This document shows positions 7,499 through 17,700 of a DNA stretch of 64,000 bases, piece by piece. How positions within the stretch are numbered: position 1 is the stretch's first letter; each line of letters begins with the position of its first letter. Origin of the DNA: a virus (taxonomy: Duplodnaviria > Caudoviricetes); IMG/VR virus record IMGVR_UViG_3300037067_026422; one strand, 5' to 3'. The position numbers were made by a program, and so were the translations under genes. The notes under the pieces were generated by a model, which saw only the letters and a list, made by a program, of their open reading frames with translations, did no database searches and was not told the DNA's origin.

Positions 7499-9214
7499 TT
7501 AGTCTATGTATATGCTATTATTACAAACACGTACTCTTTTTGAAGAACTTGTATATCCATCATAAAGCCAAATGTCTGTAAACCCATAGCTAGAAGACCC
7601 TAATGATGTATTATTGTTACCCCCTGGCTTCCATACATAGTCACCAATTGTAATAGAGGTAACATCTGTCCCATCATGGGCGGACAACTTTATAGTAGGA
7701 TGACCACAAATTACCACGCTATCTGTGATTAACCCAAATTTTGATCCCTGAAAATAATCCGAAGTTACCCTGTCTGAAAATATCCCCCTGACTGCTGTGA
7801 TATCCCCTGAAAGAGTTATATCTGTAGCTGTTATACCTTGAGCGGTTATCATAGTAGCCTGTGCAAAATCGATACCATCTTTATTAAATTCATATGAGGT
7901 ACCATTAATGGAAAATCCCACCGAACAATAAGCTAAAATATTACCCGGATTAACATCATGAATAAACAAGTTTGCTTTACCAAAAGTCAATACACCCTCA
8001 GCGCCTGGATCAAAAGGAGACTCCGCTGTAAGTACAAATGACTCATTATCGGTAGCAGAAATAAGCGTGAGTGTGTCCTTTGTCAGCATAGCCCCATAAC
8101 ACCCTATGATTACCTTACCGGTATTCTCTGTAAGGGTCACATCCCCACCAGTAGTTAAAGCCCCTAATGAAAGTGCTACTCCAGGTGGAACAATCATTTC
8201 TGTATCCCCAAATAAATATGGCTGACCATTTACAGTAAACGATATATAGCAACTGGATCCATCCTCATATAAAGTAACTTTTACTCTGCTACTACCTACA
8301 TCAGTACCATAATAAATAGTACCCTCGTTAGTAGTGCTCTGTGCTGATATACCCAGATAAAGACCACCCGCACCTATATACACTTCAGGTGTAAGTATAT
8401 CCATCTCACTACTTCCAAGCAAATAATGACTTGTTCCAGAATCAAACCCAAAAGAAGGACTCACGCCGTCATCATATAAAATGATTTTTGCATCTTTAAA
8501 CTTTATTACTGCTTCAGTATCCGGAATGATTAGGGGTTCTACAGCAGGATCTGTGGTTAAAATCAAGGGATAATTATTGCTATTATCAACCCTAAGGGTC
8601 TGACCATCAAAGGTAGCTGCATTTTCTAAGAAAGAATATTTAGAACCATTTACTGTTATGTCCGTAGTACGAGTAACAGTATCGTCAAATAGGACCATAC
8701 TAACGGTTCCTATTTCAAGAATTCCCTCACTAGCTAATGTATATACATTGAACGGGCCATTAGTAGCGGGGATGTTAATCGCAGTCTCTGAAATCTCAAA
8801 TCCTGCAGTACCTATAGTAATAGTGTTGGCATCCCCATCAAGAATAATATCACCAAGAGTCAAACTTGGTACACTTAGATCAAATACACCGTCATCGATC
8901 CCAGCACGACCGATTAATCTGATCATGTTCTTGGCGACATTGAGTTCAGATCCCGCTTCACCAGGAACAAGACTTATAGTGGAAATTGCATTATAAGGAT
9001 CAAAAAGAGTCTTATAGATCCTGGCAATATAGTCCGCTGTACGCTCATCAGCTATCCGATCCGTACGCCCCCACTCATCATCATCATCCGACTGAGGAAC
9101 ATTAAGGATAAATCCAGGAAGCATCTCATCGCCAATACCGTAATAAATGCTTTTTGGACCCTTAGAAAAGGTACTATATACCGAACTATAAGACAGAAAA
9201 TCTTGGTCAGCCAT
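7499..9214 (-). CDS. Putative virion fibre/spike protein
   Basis: 571 aa, G/T/S/D-rich beta-repeat character, C-terminal LGSSSYGFTDIW fibre-like motif; preceded by the late-type motif. Confidence 0.55.
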   Translation of the reverse strand: MADQDFLSYSSVYSTFSKGPKSIYYGIGDEMLPGFILNVPQSDDDDEWGRTDRIADERTADYIARIYKTLFDPYNAISTISLVPGEAGSELNVAKNMIRLIGRAGIDDGVFDLSVPSLTLGDIILDGDANTITIGTAGFEISETAINIPATNGPFNVYTLASEGILEIGTVSMVLFDDTVTRTTDITVNGSKYSFLENAATFDGQTLRVDNSNNYPLILTTDPAVEPLIIPDTEAVIKFKDAKIILYDDGVSPSFGFDSGTSHYLLGSSEMDILTPEVYIGAGGLYLGISAQSTTNEGTIYYGTDVGSSRVKVTLYEDGSSCYISFTVNGQPYLFGDTEMIVPPGVALSLGALTTGGDVTLTENTGKVIIGCYGAMLTKDTLTLISATDNESFVLTAESPFDPGAEGVLTFGKANLFIHDVNPGNILAYCSVGFSINGTSYEFNKDGIDFAQATMITAQGITATDITLSGDITAVRGIFSDRVTSDYFQGSKFGLITDSVVICGHPTIKLSAHDGTDVTSITIGDYVWKPGGNNNTSLGSSSYGFTDIWLYDGYTSSSKRVRVCNNSIYID

Positions 9215-9326
9215 GACGGACTCCTTATTTTTTCATAATAACCATACCATCAATAATACAATCGTATTAAGAGAATATTATGAAAATTCAGGAGTTCCCT
9301 TCATGTAACATACCAAGACAAATAGA

Positions 9327-10232
9327 TTAATCAATAGGTTTAACTTTCAATTTGAAGGTCACATAACACTTAAATTTCTCAGGGTGACGAAGATATTCAA
9401 GATAATGCTCCATAGGTACCTCTTGATCTTCATCCTTACCAAGGACCCGAAGTATCTCTTTATCCCCCTGCTTTTCAAGTACCAGCTCACCTTTATGTGC
9501 GTACTCAATTGGACTATCAGCTGTAGGTTCAGTATTTACAGGAGTGTCATCCATCTTACCAGATCCTCCGGATCCCCCTGCCGCATCAGGATCAATATTA
9601 TCCAGATCATAATTTTTCTGGATAGACTTAAGAACAGTCGGAACATCCTTAGCCGGGGTCTCATGCTCAAGTATGAAATCTACCGTATCCTTGATGACAT
9701 CCGGATCATCCGTTTTCTCCGAAATATGACTCCAATGTAGATCATTGAACTTAGATTCCCCTACCGGTTTGGAAAGTTCTATCTTCGCCTCTTCTGGAAT
9801 CCTACCCATACCCTCCGATAAAGCTGCCAAACGCTTCAACCTATGCGGGGTCACTCCAAGTATCTCTGCAATTTCTTTATCCTTGTGACCTTTCCCATTG
9901 AGCTTTAAATAAGCCCGGTTAAGATCCATGGGACTTAAATTTCTACGGTAGACATTCTCAGCAAGAGATATAAGATACCCTTCTTCATCATCCGCATCTA
10001 TGATGATATACTCAGTATCTGGTAGTTCATAATCCTTACCGTGTAACTTCTCCAGGGCCTTTCTACGACGCTGTCCAGATATGATCTCGAACACCCCATC
10101 TTTCTCCCTCAGCACTATTTTGCTTATGAGGTGATGCTTTTTGATTGACCCAGACAAGGGATCTATCCCGTCATCATCCTCAACAACTGTACGGGCATTA
10201 CACGTCGATACTACCAAATCCTGTAGCTTCAT
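9327..10232 (-). CDS. ParB/Srx N-terminal domain protein with HTH
   Basis: FEIISGQRRRKAL, ISLAENVYRRNLSP and KEIAEILGV motifs. Confidence 0.85.
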   Translation of the reverse strand: MKLQDLVVSTCNARTVVEDDDGIDPLSGSIKKHHLISKIVLREKDGVFEIISGQRRRKALEKLHGKDYELPDTEYIIIDADDEEGYLISLAENVYRRNLSPMDLNRAYLKLNGKGHKDKEIAEILGVTPHRLKRLAALSEGMGRIPEEAKIELSKPVGESKFNDLHWSHISEKTDDPDVIKDTVDFILEHETPAKDVPTVLKSIQKNYDLDNIDPDAAGGSGGSGKMDDTPVNTEPTADSPIEYAHKGELVLEKQGDKEILRVLGKDEDQEVPMEHYLEYLRHPEKFKCYVTFKLKVKPID

Positions 10233-10245
10233 ATAAATTTCCTTT

Positions 10246-12204
10246 TTAAAAAAGAGTCTCTGATTCTATAATCACATCCTGTTTTTTTATTTCCTGATTT
10301 ATAGGCTCTTCCTTCTTATATCCCCCTATAAGTTTCAGGAATTCATCTTCATTTATTATCTTGACCCCCAACTTCCTGGCTTTTTGATTTTTTGAGCTGC
10401 CTGAGTCCTTGTCATTTGTCAAAAGGTACGTAAGGCCTTCAGAAACAGTATCCTTGGCGACCCCTCCAAGATCTACTACTACAGCCTGAAATTCTTTTCT
10501 ACCCATAGAGGATAAAGATCCTGTTACACAAAAGGACATCCCCGTCAAGACACCCTTTTTCTTTTCCTTGATTTTTATTACCTTCAAAAGGTCATCCGCC
10601 ATGCTTCTAACTTCAGCTATACCCTCACAAACATTATGAGCAGAAATTGCCGCGAACCCGGAAATTTTTCCCAAGTCAGAGGGCACTACACAAACGATCT
10701 CATCCCATGATCCGAATCTCTCCACCAGAATCCCGGCAGTAGCCTTAGAGCACGTAGGTATTCCCAGTGCAGTCAGAAAATGTTCCAAAAACAGTTCGGA
10801 GGTACTTTTCATAGTTTCAAAGAAAGCTTTAACAGTCTTCTCCCCTATACCTTCTACTGCAATAAAATCATCTGCAGTAAGCTTATACAAATCAGATACA
10901 GATCGTACCTTACCAAGATCCCATAACCGCCCTACAAACTTTTCCGAGAAGCCCTTCATACCCAATGTCTGTATCCAATAAACAATACGATTAATATCCC
11001 GCTCTTTACAGACAGCATTCCGACACCAGATATTTACCCCATCATCTTCCACAGGACCCCCGCACGACGGGCATACTTTAGGTTTCTCAATGGGCCCCCC
11101 CTCCATGAGTACTTCCGTCACCTGGGGAATAATGTCACCTTTCTTCTCTATGGCTACCTCGGAACCTATCCCAATACCCATCTCCACCATATAAGAAAAA
11201 TTATGAACGGAAGCCTTCTTGATAGTACTCCCCATAAGTTCCACTGGTTCCAGGATTACTACTGGAGTGATCTTACCTGTACGTCCCACCTGCAGCAATA
11301 AATTTAATACTGTTGTACATACTTTTTCAGAGTCGAACTTTAAAGCTACCTGACCCTCTGGACGATTTCTCTGTACTCCGAGTTTCTCCTGAAGATCTAT
11401 ATCATTAAGTTTCAATACCAAACCATCTATCTCATACGGATACTGATCTCTGTGTTCATCCCTGATAGACTTATAAATAGTTATGATTTCCTCTACAGTA
11501 GTGCATACAAAGGTTTGTACAGTAGAAAAGCCAAGCTTTTTAAGGGTGGCGATCTTATCAGTCTCTTTTTTTACTTTAGCATTAATATCATAGGTGATAA
11601 TCCTGATATGCGAGCTATTTTTACCGTCATATCTACGACTGATACCACTGGCGGCATTCCGGGCATTTTTGTAGTGACCCCCACTTTCTGCCTGCAAAAT
11701 CTTGAAGGATTTTTTGAGGAGTACTCCTTCACCACGTACCACGACATTATTAGAGATAGGAATCTTAACCGGGAGTTGCTTAAACAATAAGGTATTCTCA
11801 TAAATATTTTCTCCGATATACCCGTCTCCTCGAGTTACACCACTCTCAAGCACCCCATTGACATACCCTACCTCAAGAGAAAATCCATCAATCTTATGCT
11901 GCAGAACAAATTCAGGATCTTTTATCCCCAATTCATCTATAATCTTTTTAACCCACTCCCGAATAGCCCCCTCTGAGGATACTTTGTTTTGGGAACCCAT
12001 AGCGATGACATGCTTTTTCTTAGGCCATGAGCTTACTACTCCATGCCCTACCTTGCTCCATCTCGGATGATTAGGAGGAAGAAGCTTATATACTCTCTCC
12101 TTAAAAGCATCATACTCCGTATCACCCATAAGCTGTTGCTCATTATAATAAGCATCATCAAGCTCATCAAGCCTCTTCAGCAATACCTCTAGCTTTTCAC
12201 TCAT
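10246..12204 (-). CDS. ligA: NAD-dependent DNA ligase
   Basis: KIDG adenylation motif, TRGDG, RGE, NARNAASG, IDGLV, VGRTG, Zn finger CPSC...C...C, HhH and BRCT (FCVTGSL...GSSKNQKA). Confidence 0.97.
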   Translation of the reverse strand: MSEKLEVLLKRLDELDDAYYNEQQLMGDTEYDAFKERVYKLLPPNHPRWSKVGHGVVSSWPKKKHVIAMGSQNKVSSEGAIREWVKKIIDELGIKDPEFVLQHKIDGFSLEVGYVNGVLESGVTRGDGYIGENIYENTLLFKQLPVKIPISNNVVVRGEGVLLKKSFKILQAESGGHYKNARNAASGISRRYDGKNSSHIRIITYDINAKVKKETDKIATLKKLGFSTVQTFVCTTVEEIITIYKSIRDEHRDQYPYEIDGLVLKLNDIDLQEKLGVQRNRPEGQVALKFDSEKVCTTVLNLLLQVGRTGKITPVVILEPVELMGSTIKKASVHNFSYMVEMGIGIGSEVAIEKKGDIIPQVTEVLMEGGPIEKPKVCPSCGGPVEDDGVNIWCRNAVCKERDINRIVYWIQTLGMKGFSEKFVGRLWDLGKVRSVSDLYKLTADDFIAVEGIGEKTVKAFFETMKSTSELFLEHFLTALGIPTCSKATAGILVERFGSWDEIVCVVPSDLGKISGFAAISAHNVCEGIAEVRSMADDLLKVIKIKEKKKGVLTGMSFCVTGSLSSMGRKEFQAVVVDLGGVAKDTVSEGLTYLLTNDKDSGSSKNQKARKLGVKIINEDEFLKLIGGYKKEEPINQEIKKQDVIIESETLF

Positions 12205-12234
12205 ATGCTACCTTTCTTTTGACTCACTATCTGG

Positions 12235-12750
12235 TCAAATTTTTTCAGTACAGCTGATTTCCACTAATATATTGCTCATGTCATTACTCAATATATACAA
12301 CCCCTTCTTTAACATATTTTTTACCACACAATGACAGGGTAAAACCACTGTCCAGAACTTAGCGGCTTTCTCAGTTTCAATGACAGCCTGCTTCTGTTCT
12401 TCTGTAAGATCTTTTAAGGAAACCGGTGCAATCATCACAAAATCATCAGTATTCGAGATACGATGCTTTTCAATCTTCATTATCTTTCTGCCTGTACCAT
12501 AGCACTGATTGCAGTTTGACTTTCCATGCTGTGTAGATTCACTTAAAGGGATATGACGAGCACTAATGATATAAGTCTTACTATCATGAGTTTTTACAAT
12601 ATCCGAATAGGTGAACTGATCGTCCCCCGCGCACTTCCGACTGCTCATGACTTCCTTATAAATAAGTTTTACCATCGTCTGCGGAAAAATATCCTCAACA
12701 TGAAGTACTTCTCTTTTAGCTTCAACAACATTAGCAGATAACATCTTCAC
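12235..12750 (-). CDS. Hypothetical protein with CxxCxGxG...CxC Zn motif
   Basis: CNQCYGTG...PCHC; start overlaps the upstream stop. Confidence 0.7.
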   Translation of the reverse strand: MKMLSANVVEAKREVLHVEDIFPQTMVKLIYKEVMSSRKCAGDDQFTYSDIVKTHDSKTYIISARHIPLSESTQHGKSNCNQCYGTGRKIMKIEKHRISNTDDFVMIAPVSLKDLTEEQKQAVIETEKAAKFWTVVLPCHCVVKNMLKKGLYILSNDMSNILVEISCTEKI

Positions 12751-13940
12751 AGATCCCTTTCTTTTTCTTCCACTGTATTAGAACCATCTGAGAAAAATAA
12801 ATTTAGATATATACCAATAGCTTTCTCAATTTGTGATCTTTTCAAAGCATCGAAATCTTTTGCCACCAGACCCACATGCATCGCCAAATCCCATGGACTC
12901 TTTATGCTATCAAGGCACTCACTTACTTGATGGTATATTGCCTTCTTTACCGCAGAAGTAAGTCCTTTTCCCCGGCTTATTTCAAGAGCATCCGTCTCTG
13001 CACAAAAATCCTTCTGAGCTTCTATCTGCTTTTTTTCCAACCTGGAAAAAATCTCAGGGATCTCCTCATTCAACCGGTTCAGCATTACTGGTAGAATATC
13101 TTTTATACTTGAAGGCTGCAAACCCGTGTAATCAGATTTGAAAAAAGATTCCCCACCATAGCTCGCCACACAGCTGGTCTTACTCAGCTTATTATATAAA
13201 AGTACATCTATGGACAATGGGCATGCACCTAATTCTGAAGCAGTAACAGAAAAACCCATACAAACCGGACCATTAAAAGTGTACTCCTTTTCAAATAAAA
13301 ATCGGGCATGAAGTATCAGATCATCCTTCTCATCCCCATAAGCACACTCAAGCTTAAAAGGCTCTGTTACCGAATCCTTGATTATCTGAATCAATTCATG
13401 TAGAGGAATAATTAGTTTAGAAACTGGAGTTATAGCCCTTATTATTGTACAACCCTTTGACTCTCTTATCTTTATAATATTTTGAGCTTTTTTTATATCA
13501 TCGGCAAGTCCTGCCTGCCAGGTTTTTACAATATTGGTTTTGAGAGTCGGTCGACATGAAGCAAAAAAAGCATATGGGATGCTGATTATTTTACAAAGTT
13601 GTTTGATAGCATGTACCACCTTAGCATCTTTTGGCTTCTGGGGGTCCAATTTAAAATAAAGCCTGTTTTCATAGTAATTCTTATCATTGAACTCAAGGAA
13701 AGAATCCTCCTCCGAAATGTTATATGAAACACTTCTTAAATCAATCAATAAATCTCGACAATTTTCATGCCACATCTTAAGTCGTCCGGATAGCTCAGAG
13801 ATATCCTTCGAATCTCCAACTTTTGTTTCTTGTTCCCGCCCTTCTAAAGGATCAGAAGGTTCATCTGAGGTTATTTTTTTCAGAACCTCTTTTTCGAGGG
13901 TATCCTCACACAAAAGAATATCATCTATGTCTATTTCCAT
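12747..13940 (-). CDS. Hypothetical protein (DUF932-like)
   Basis: 397 aa; AIKQLCKIISIP and GFSVTASELG pattern typical of DUF932-type phage proteins. Confidence 0.5.
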   Translation of the reverse strand: MEIDIDDILLCEDTLEKEVLKKITSDEPSDPLEGREQETKVGDSKDISELSGRLKMWHENCRDLLIDLRSVSYNISEEDSFLEFNDKNYYENRLYFKLDPQKPKDAKVVHAIKQLCKIISIPYAFFASCRPTLKTNIVKTWQAGLADDIKKAQNIIKIRESKGCTIIRAITPVSKLIIPLHELIQIIKDSVTEPFKLECAYGDEKDDLILHARFLFEKEYTFNGPVCMGFSVTASELGACPLSIDVLLYNKLSKTSCVASYGGESFFKSDYTGLQPSSIKDILPVMLNRLNEEIPEIFSRLEKKQIEAQKDFCAETDALEISRGKGLTSAVKKAIYHQVSECLDSIKSPWDLAMHVGLVAKDFDALKRSQIEKAIGIYLNLFFSDGSNTVEEKERDL

Positions 13941-13942
13941 AA

Positions 13943-14149
13943 TTACTGCTGCTTCCTGTATGCATCTCGTATTTTCTTATTGGTATGTAATAGCTTAGTC
14001 TTAAGAAACATGAATCTACAAAGAGTATCTTTATAGCACATATCCCCCAAAGCTGTATCATCTCCACCTCTATACTTGGATAGTCTATCTTTAATGGTAA
14101 TAATCTCATCAACAAAAGACTTATACTTTTCTATCTCAGGGTCTTCCAT
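13943..14149 (-). CDS. Hypothetical protein
   Basis: 68-aa ORF filling the gap between neighbours in the same orientation. Confidence 0.55.
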   Translation of the reverse strand: MEDPEIEKYKSFVDEIITIKDRLSKYRGGDDTALGDMCYKDTLCRFMFLKTKLLHTNKKIRDAYRKQQ

Positions 14150-14742
14150 AAAATAAATCTCTTTTGTAGGCGTTGCTTAATAAGTTTGACCAGATTATCG
14201 GATACCCCCAATACCTTTGCTATATAAGCTGATTTAAATCCTTCCTGCTTATACTCCAAATAAATCATCATCTGTTTAAAGCTATTTTCAGACTCTGTCC
14301 TTTTAAGATATTCCTTGAACTCCTTAAGGCACTGTTCAAAAAGTTCATCAGGACTACATTCACCTGTATCAGGAATAAATCCTGTACGGTCAAATTTGTA
14401 TGGCCCAGTAAAATCAGTAGTATGCTCCCAAATATCCTCAAATTCAGAGACGCCATGCCGGATCTGCTTAGCCACAGAAACAAACTCATGCTGGATAGAC
14501 ACATTTTTTTTAGCCATGGCAGGAAGTACCCAACAGAGAAGCGTAGCTATATATGTATCAAAGTTACCTTTCTTCTTGTCATACCCTTCCAGAGCTTTAG
14601 TTTGTATGAGCTTCACATAGAATTCCTGGATGTGCTCATCCACCATATCTTTATCAAATATACCTGTTTTATACTTGAAAAATCTTATAAGTTGCTCCTC
14701 ATTCTTGACTGCAAATTCTTTAACGTTTCGAACTTCTACCAT
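14131..14742 (-). CDS. Phage RNA polymerase sigma factor-like protein
   Basis: Region 2-like YDKKKGNFDTY and region 4 HTH EGFKSAYIAKVLGVSDNLVK. Confidence 0.75.
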   Translation of the reverse strand: MVEVRNVKEFAVKNEEQLIRFFKYKTGIFDKDMVDEHIQEFYVKLIQTKALEGYDKKKGNFDTYIATLLCWVLPAMAKKNVSIQHEFVSVAKQIRHGVSEFEDIWEHTTDFTGPYKFDRTGFIPDTGECSPDELFEQCLKEFKEYLKRTESENSFKQMMIYLEYKQEGFKSAYIAKVLGVSDNLVKLIKQRLQKRFILWKTLR

Positions 14743-14765
14743 AGCTACCTCACAAATAATGCGTT

Positions 14766-17700
14766 TTATATTCGGTACATGATGCAGAGTATTAAAAATG
14801 CGTCTATTGATATATTGTCTGTTGATTTGTAAAAAATCTCTCCATCCCTACTCAGTATGCATAACTTTTGCTTGGGCCCTATAAACAGGTTGTCACCCCC
14901 AGTTCTAATTATCTCTAAAATATGTCGTAATTGACGAGCTGATACCGGATCAATGTCCATAGGATAATTGAAATAGCCTTCAGCATCAATTCTATCCATT
15001 ATCTTTGCATCCTTAAACAGCGTATCAGCTATATTACTTGCTGTTTTATTCAGTACTGCATGAGCATCACTTTTAATATCCACCCCATCGACAAGCATAC
15101 TCTTAACAGTAATATCTTTATAATAGTTATCCGCACTACTTAAGGTAGTACTGACAGGTTCTACTATCGCAGGATCAGAAGTTGCAGGATCAGAAGATGT
15201 TTCAACGACTGGTTCAGTTTTATGAGCTACTTCAAAATTACCAGTACCTTCTTTTTTTATCTTTTCCTTATATTCTTCCCAATAGTTATGGTCAACATCA
15301 AAAGTATCACCATACTCAGCATCCACATCAAAAGGAACTTCCCACTTGAGCTTGTCCGTAAGATCTCTCAGTTTCATAATCCGACATAGCTCCGGTATTA
15401 CAAAATCAAGCTTATCTTCTTTTACCTCAAAAAGAATTTCATCATGTATCGGGAGAAGAATCTTGATATCCTCCTGAAGATTGTTTTCACAGATCCATTT
15501 ATAAACTCTCCATAAAGCAATCTTTATTACATCAGCCCCCGTATTTTTACTGATGATACCTGCTGAATCAAACCTGTGTAGATCAGAATGAACGGATAAT
15601 GTAAAGGTATCTTCAGTTTTATCTATAATAGTTTTCTTTTTTAATTTATAGTGATAGTATATCTCGGATGGAAGCTCACACCCATATTTCTTCATCATCA
15701 AGAGCATACCCGGCAAGGTTACTTTTTTACCCGTATTAAGCTTACAAAAGTATGCACAATCATTAACATTCTTTCTGTCATATACTGAATAGAGTTTATT
15801 TTGAAATTCCTTTCTCAAAAATTCCGGTAGGATCATCTTGTTAATAGTACTTCTTCTTTTCCACTCTGTAGAAGGTAATCCCAACACCTCCTCTACTTTT
15901 TTAAGATCTTGCCATTCAAGTTTATAGGTATCTTCAGAAACCTTCCTTACAATAGAAGGCAGCCCAATTGACCAGCCTATAAGTTGTGTATCTCTTAACA
16001 ATGCTACAGAAACACCTCCACTCGCGTAGGGAAAACTTATACTTATGTGATGATCGAGAATGAGCTCGGAAACACCCCCACTCGCGTAGGGAAAACTATT
16101 ACAATCATCTGTATCAAAGTATCCCTTTATAAAAGCTGTCCTCATACTAATAGGAGATCTAAAAATCATTTCCGGTATACGCTTAGGTCTTGAGTCAGCA
16201 GGTTGATAACCTAATTCTATAAATAGATCAACCAAACCTTTTGAATTTATCTCCGGAAGATATTTTTTTAATCTTTCATCTTCCAGATTTAATTTCAGGG
16301 ACAATCTGGGGTTAGTTCTTATATCATCTCCTACTACATACCCCATCAAATAGGCTATAAAATCCCATTGCTCTTTAGAGTCTATGACAAAACTTTTTCC
16401 ATTATGAACTGATGCCTTATATTCATATCTTGGTGGATAGCTTCCAAATTCTTTAGCCAAAGGAATAGACACGCATATATCGGTATTTTCATCAAGGTCC
16501 TTAAAATGCCGAAATTCATACCCTTTTTCACCTACAACCAAAACTTCGTGTCGTGTATCACACCTTAAAAGCATACCATTAGATAGTTCTATTGTTGCTA
16601 ATTGACACTTCCCCCTATTAAGAACATCAAAGCTAGCCCATGTGGTACCCGTCCATATTTTTAGATGCTCTCCTTTATCCTTAAACTCCTTAATAGTTCC
16701 TATTGATATATAACCATACTTATCCGTTAAGCACCGCTCTTCCTTAACAAGGCAACCCTGTACGGCTGAATTTATTGCGCATCTATCTCCCTTCGCCTGT
16801 ATCCCTTTATCAGGAGAATTGTAGAATTCCCCAAGAGAACGTCGTCGACCAAACGCAGTCTTACTATACCCACGCTTCTTGGCAGCTTTCCATTCACGCT
16901 GGATCCAGCTACTCAAACCCTTATATTCCTTAAAGAAATTAATAATCATCTTTTTGGCTGTCTCATAGGGTATCTTTGCTTGTGCAGCAAATCCTCCTGC
17001 TCCTCCCCCATATAAAGTTAGGAAATTCAAGGTCTTACCGATCCCGCGTTCTCTCTTGGTAATCTCACTTTTACCCGTGATAATCTTACCTGTGATAGTA
17101 TGCAGATCGCCTGTACCGTGAAGAAACTCATGCAACCATTTAGGCTCTTTAGAAACATTGGCAGCTACCCTCAATTCTTCTCCACTATAGTCTATGGACA
17201 ACATCTTATATCCAGGGTGCGCTATCATTGCTTTACGGAGGTTAATAGAGTGCGGGTCTTCTTTATTATAGGTAGGGACATTCTGACAGTTGACACCACA
17301 GTAACCATCTATTTTCACACCATAACCACCCGAACCGCTAAAACGACCCGTATCCGCCTGAACCTGATTTAGTTTGAATTTAACCTCATCATTTTCATCA
17401 GCATTGATTAACCAGTTGTGCAAATAGGTGCTTTGAACTTTGACATAACCACGATAGGTCAAAACCATATTCATTAGGGGATTTTTAGTCTCCACCATCT
17501 CAAGCACTTCACCATTAGTCTGATACCCCCCAGCTTTTGTCCTTTCAGCTTTTTTAGGATATGGTAATTTAAGCTCATCAAATAAGATCACCCCAAGCTG
17601 CTGTGCAGAGTTTATATCAAATTCATGCCCTACGATGGTATATATCTCTTTTAACAGCTTCTGCATCCTACGCTCTACTTCAATATTCACTTCCTCAAGA

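Noticed and set aside
15165-15200. Short direct repeat GCAGGATCAGAA in the polA 3' region
   Set aside because: 15-nt coding duplication (SDPAT-SDPA linker) with no hairpin or spacer; not CRISPR-like.
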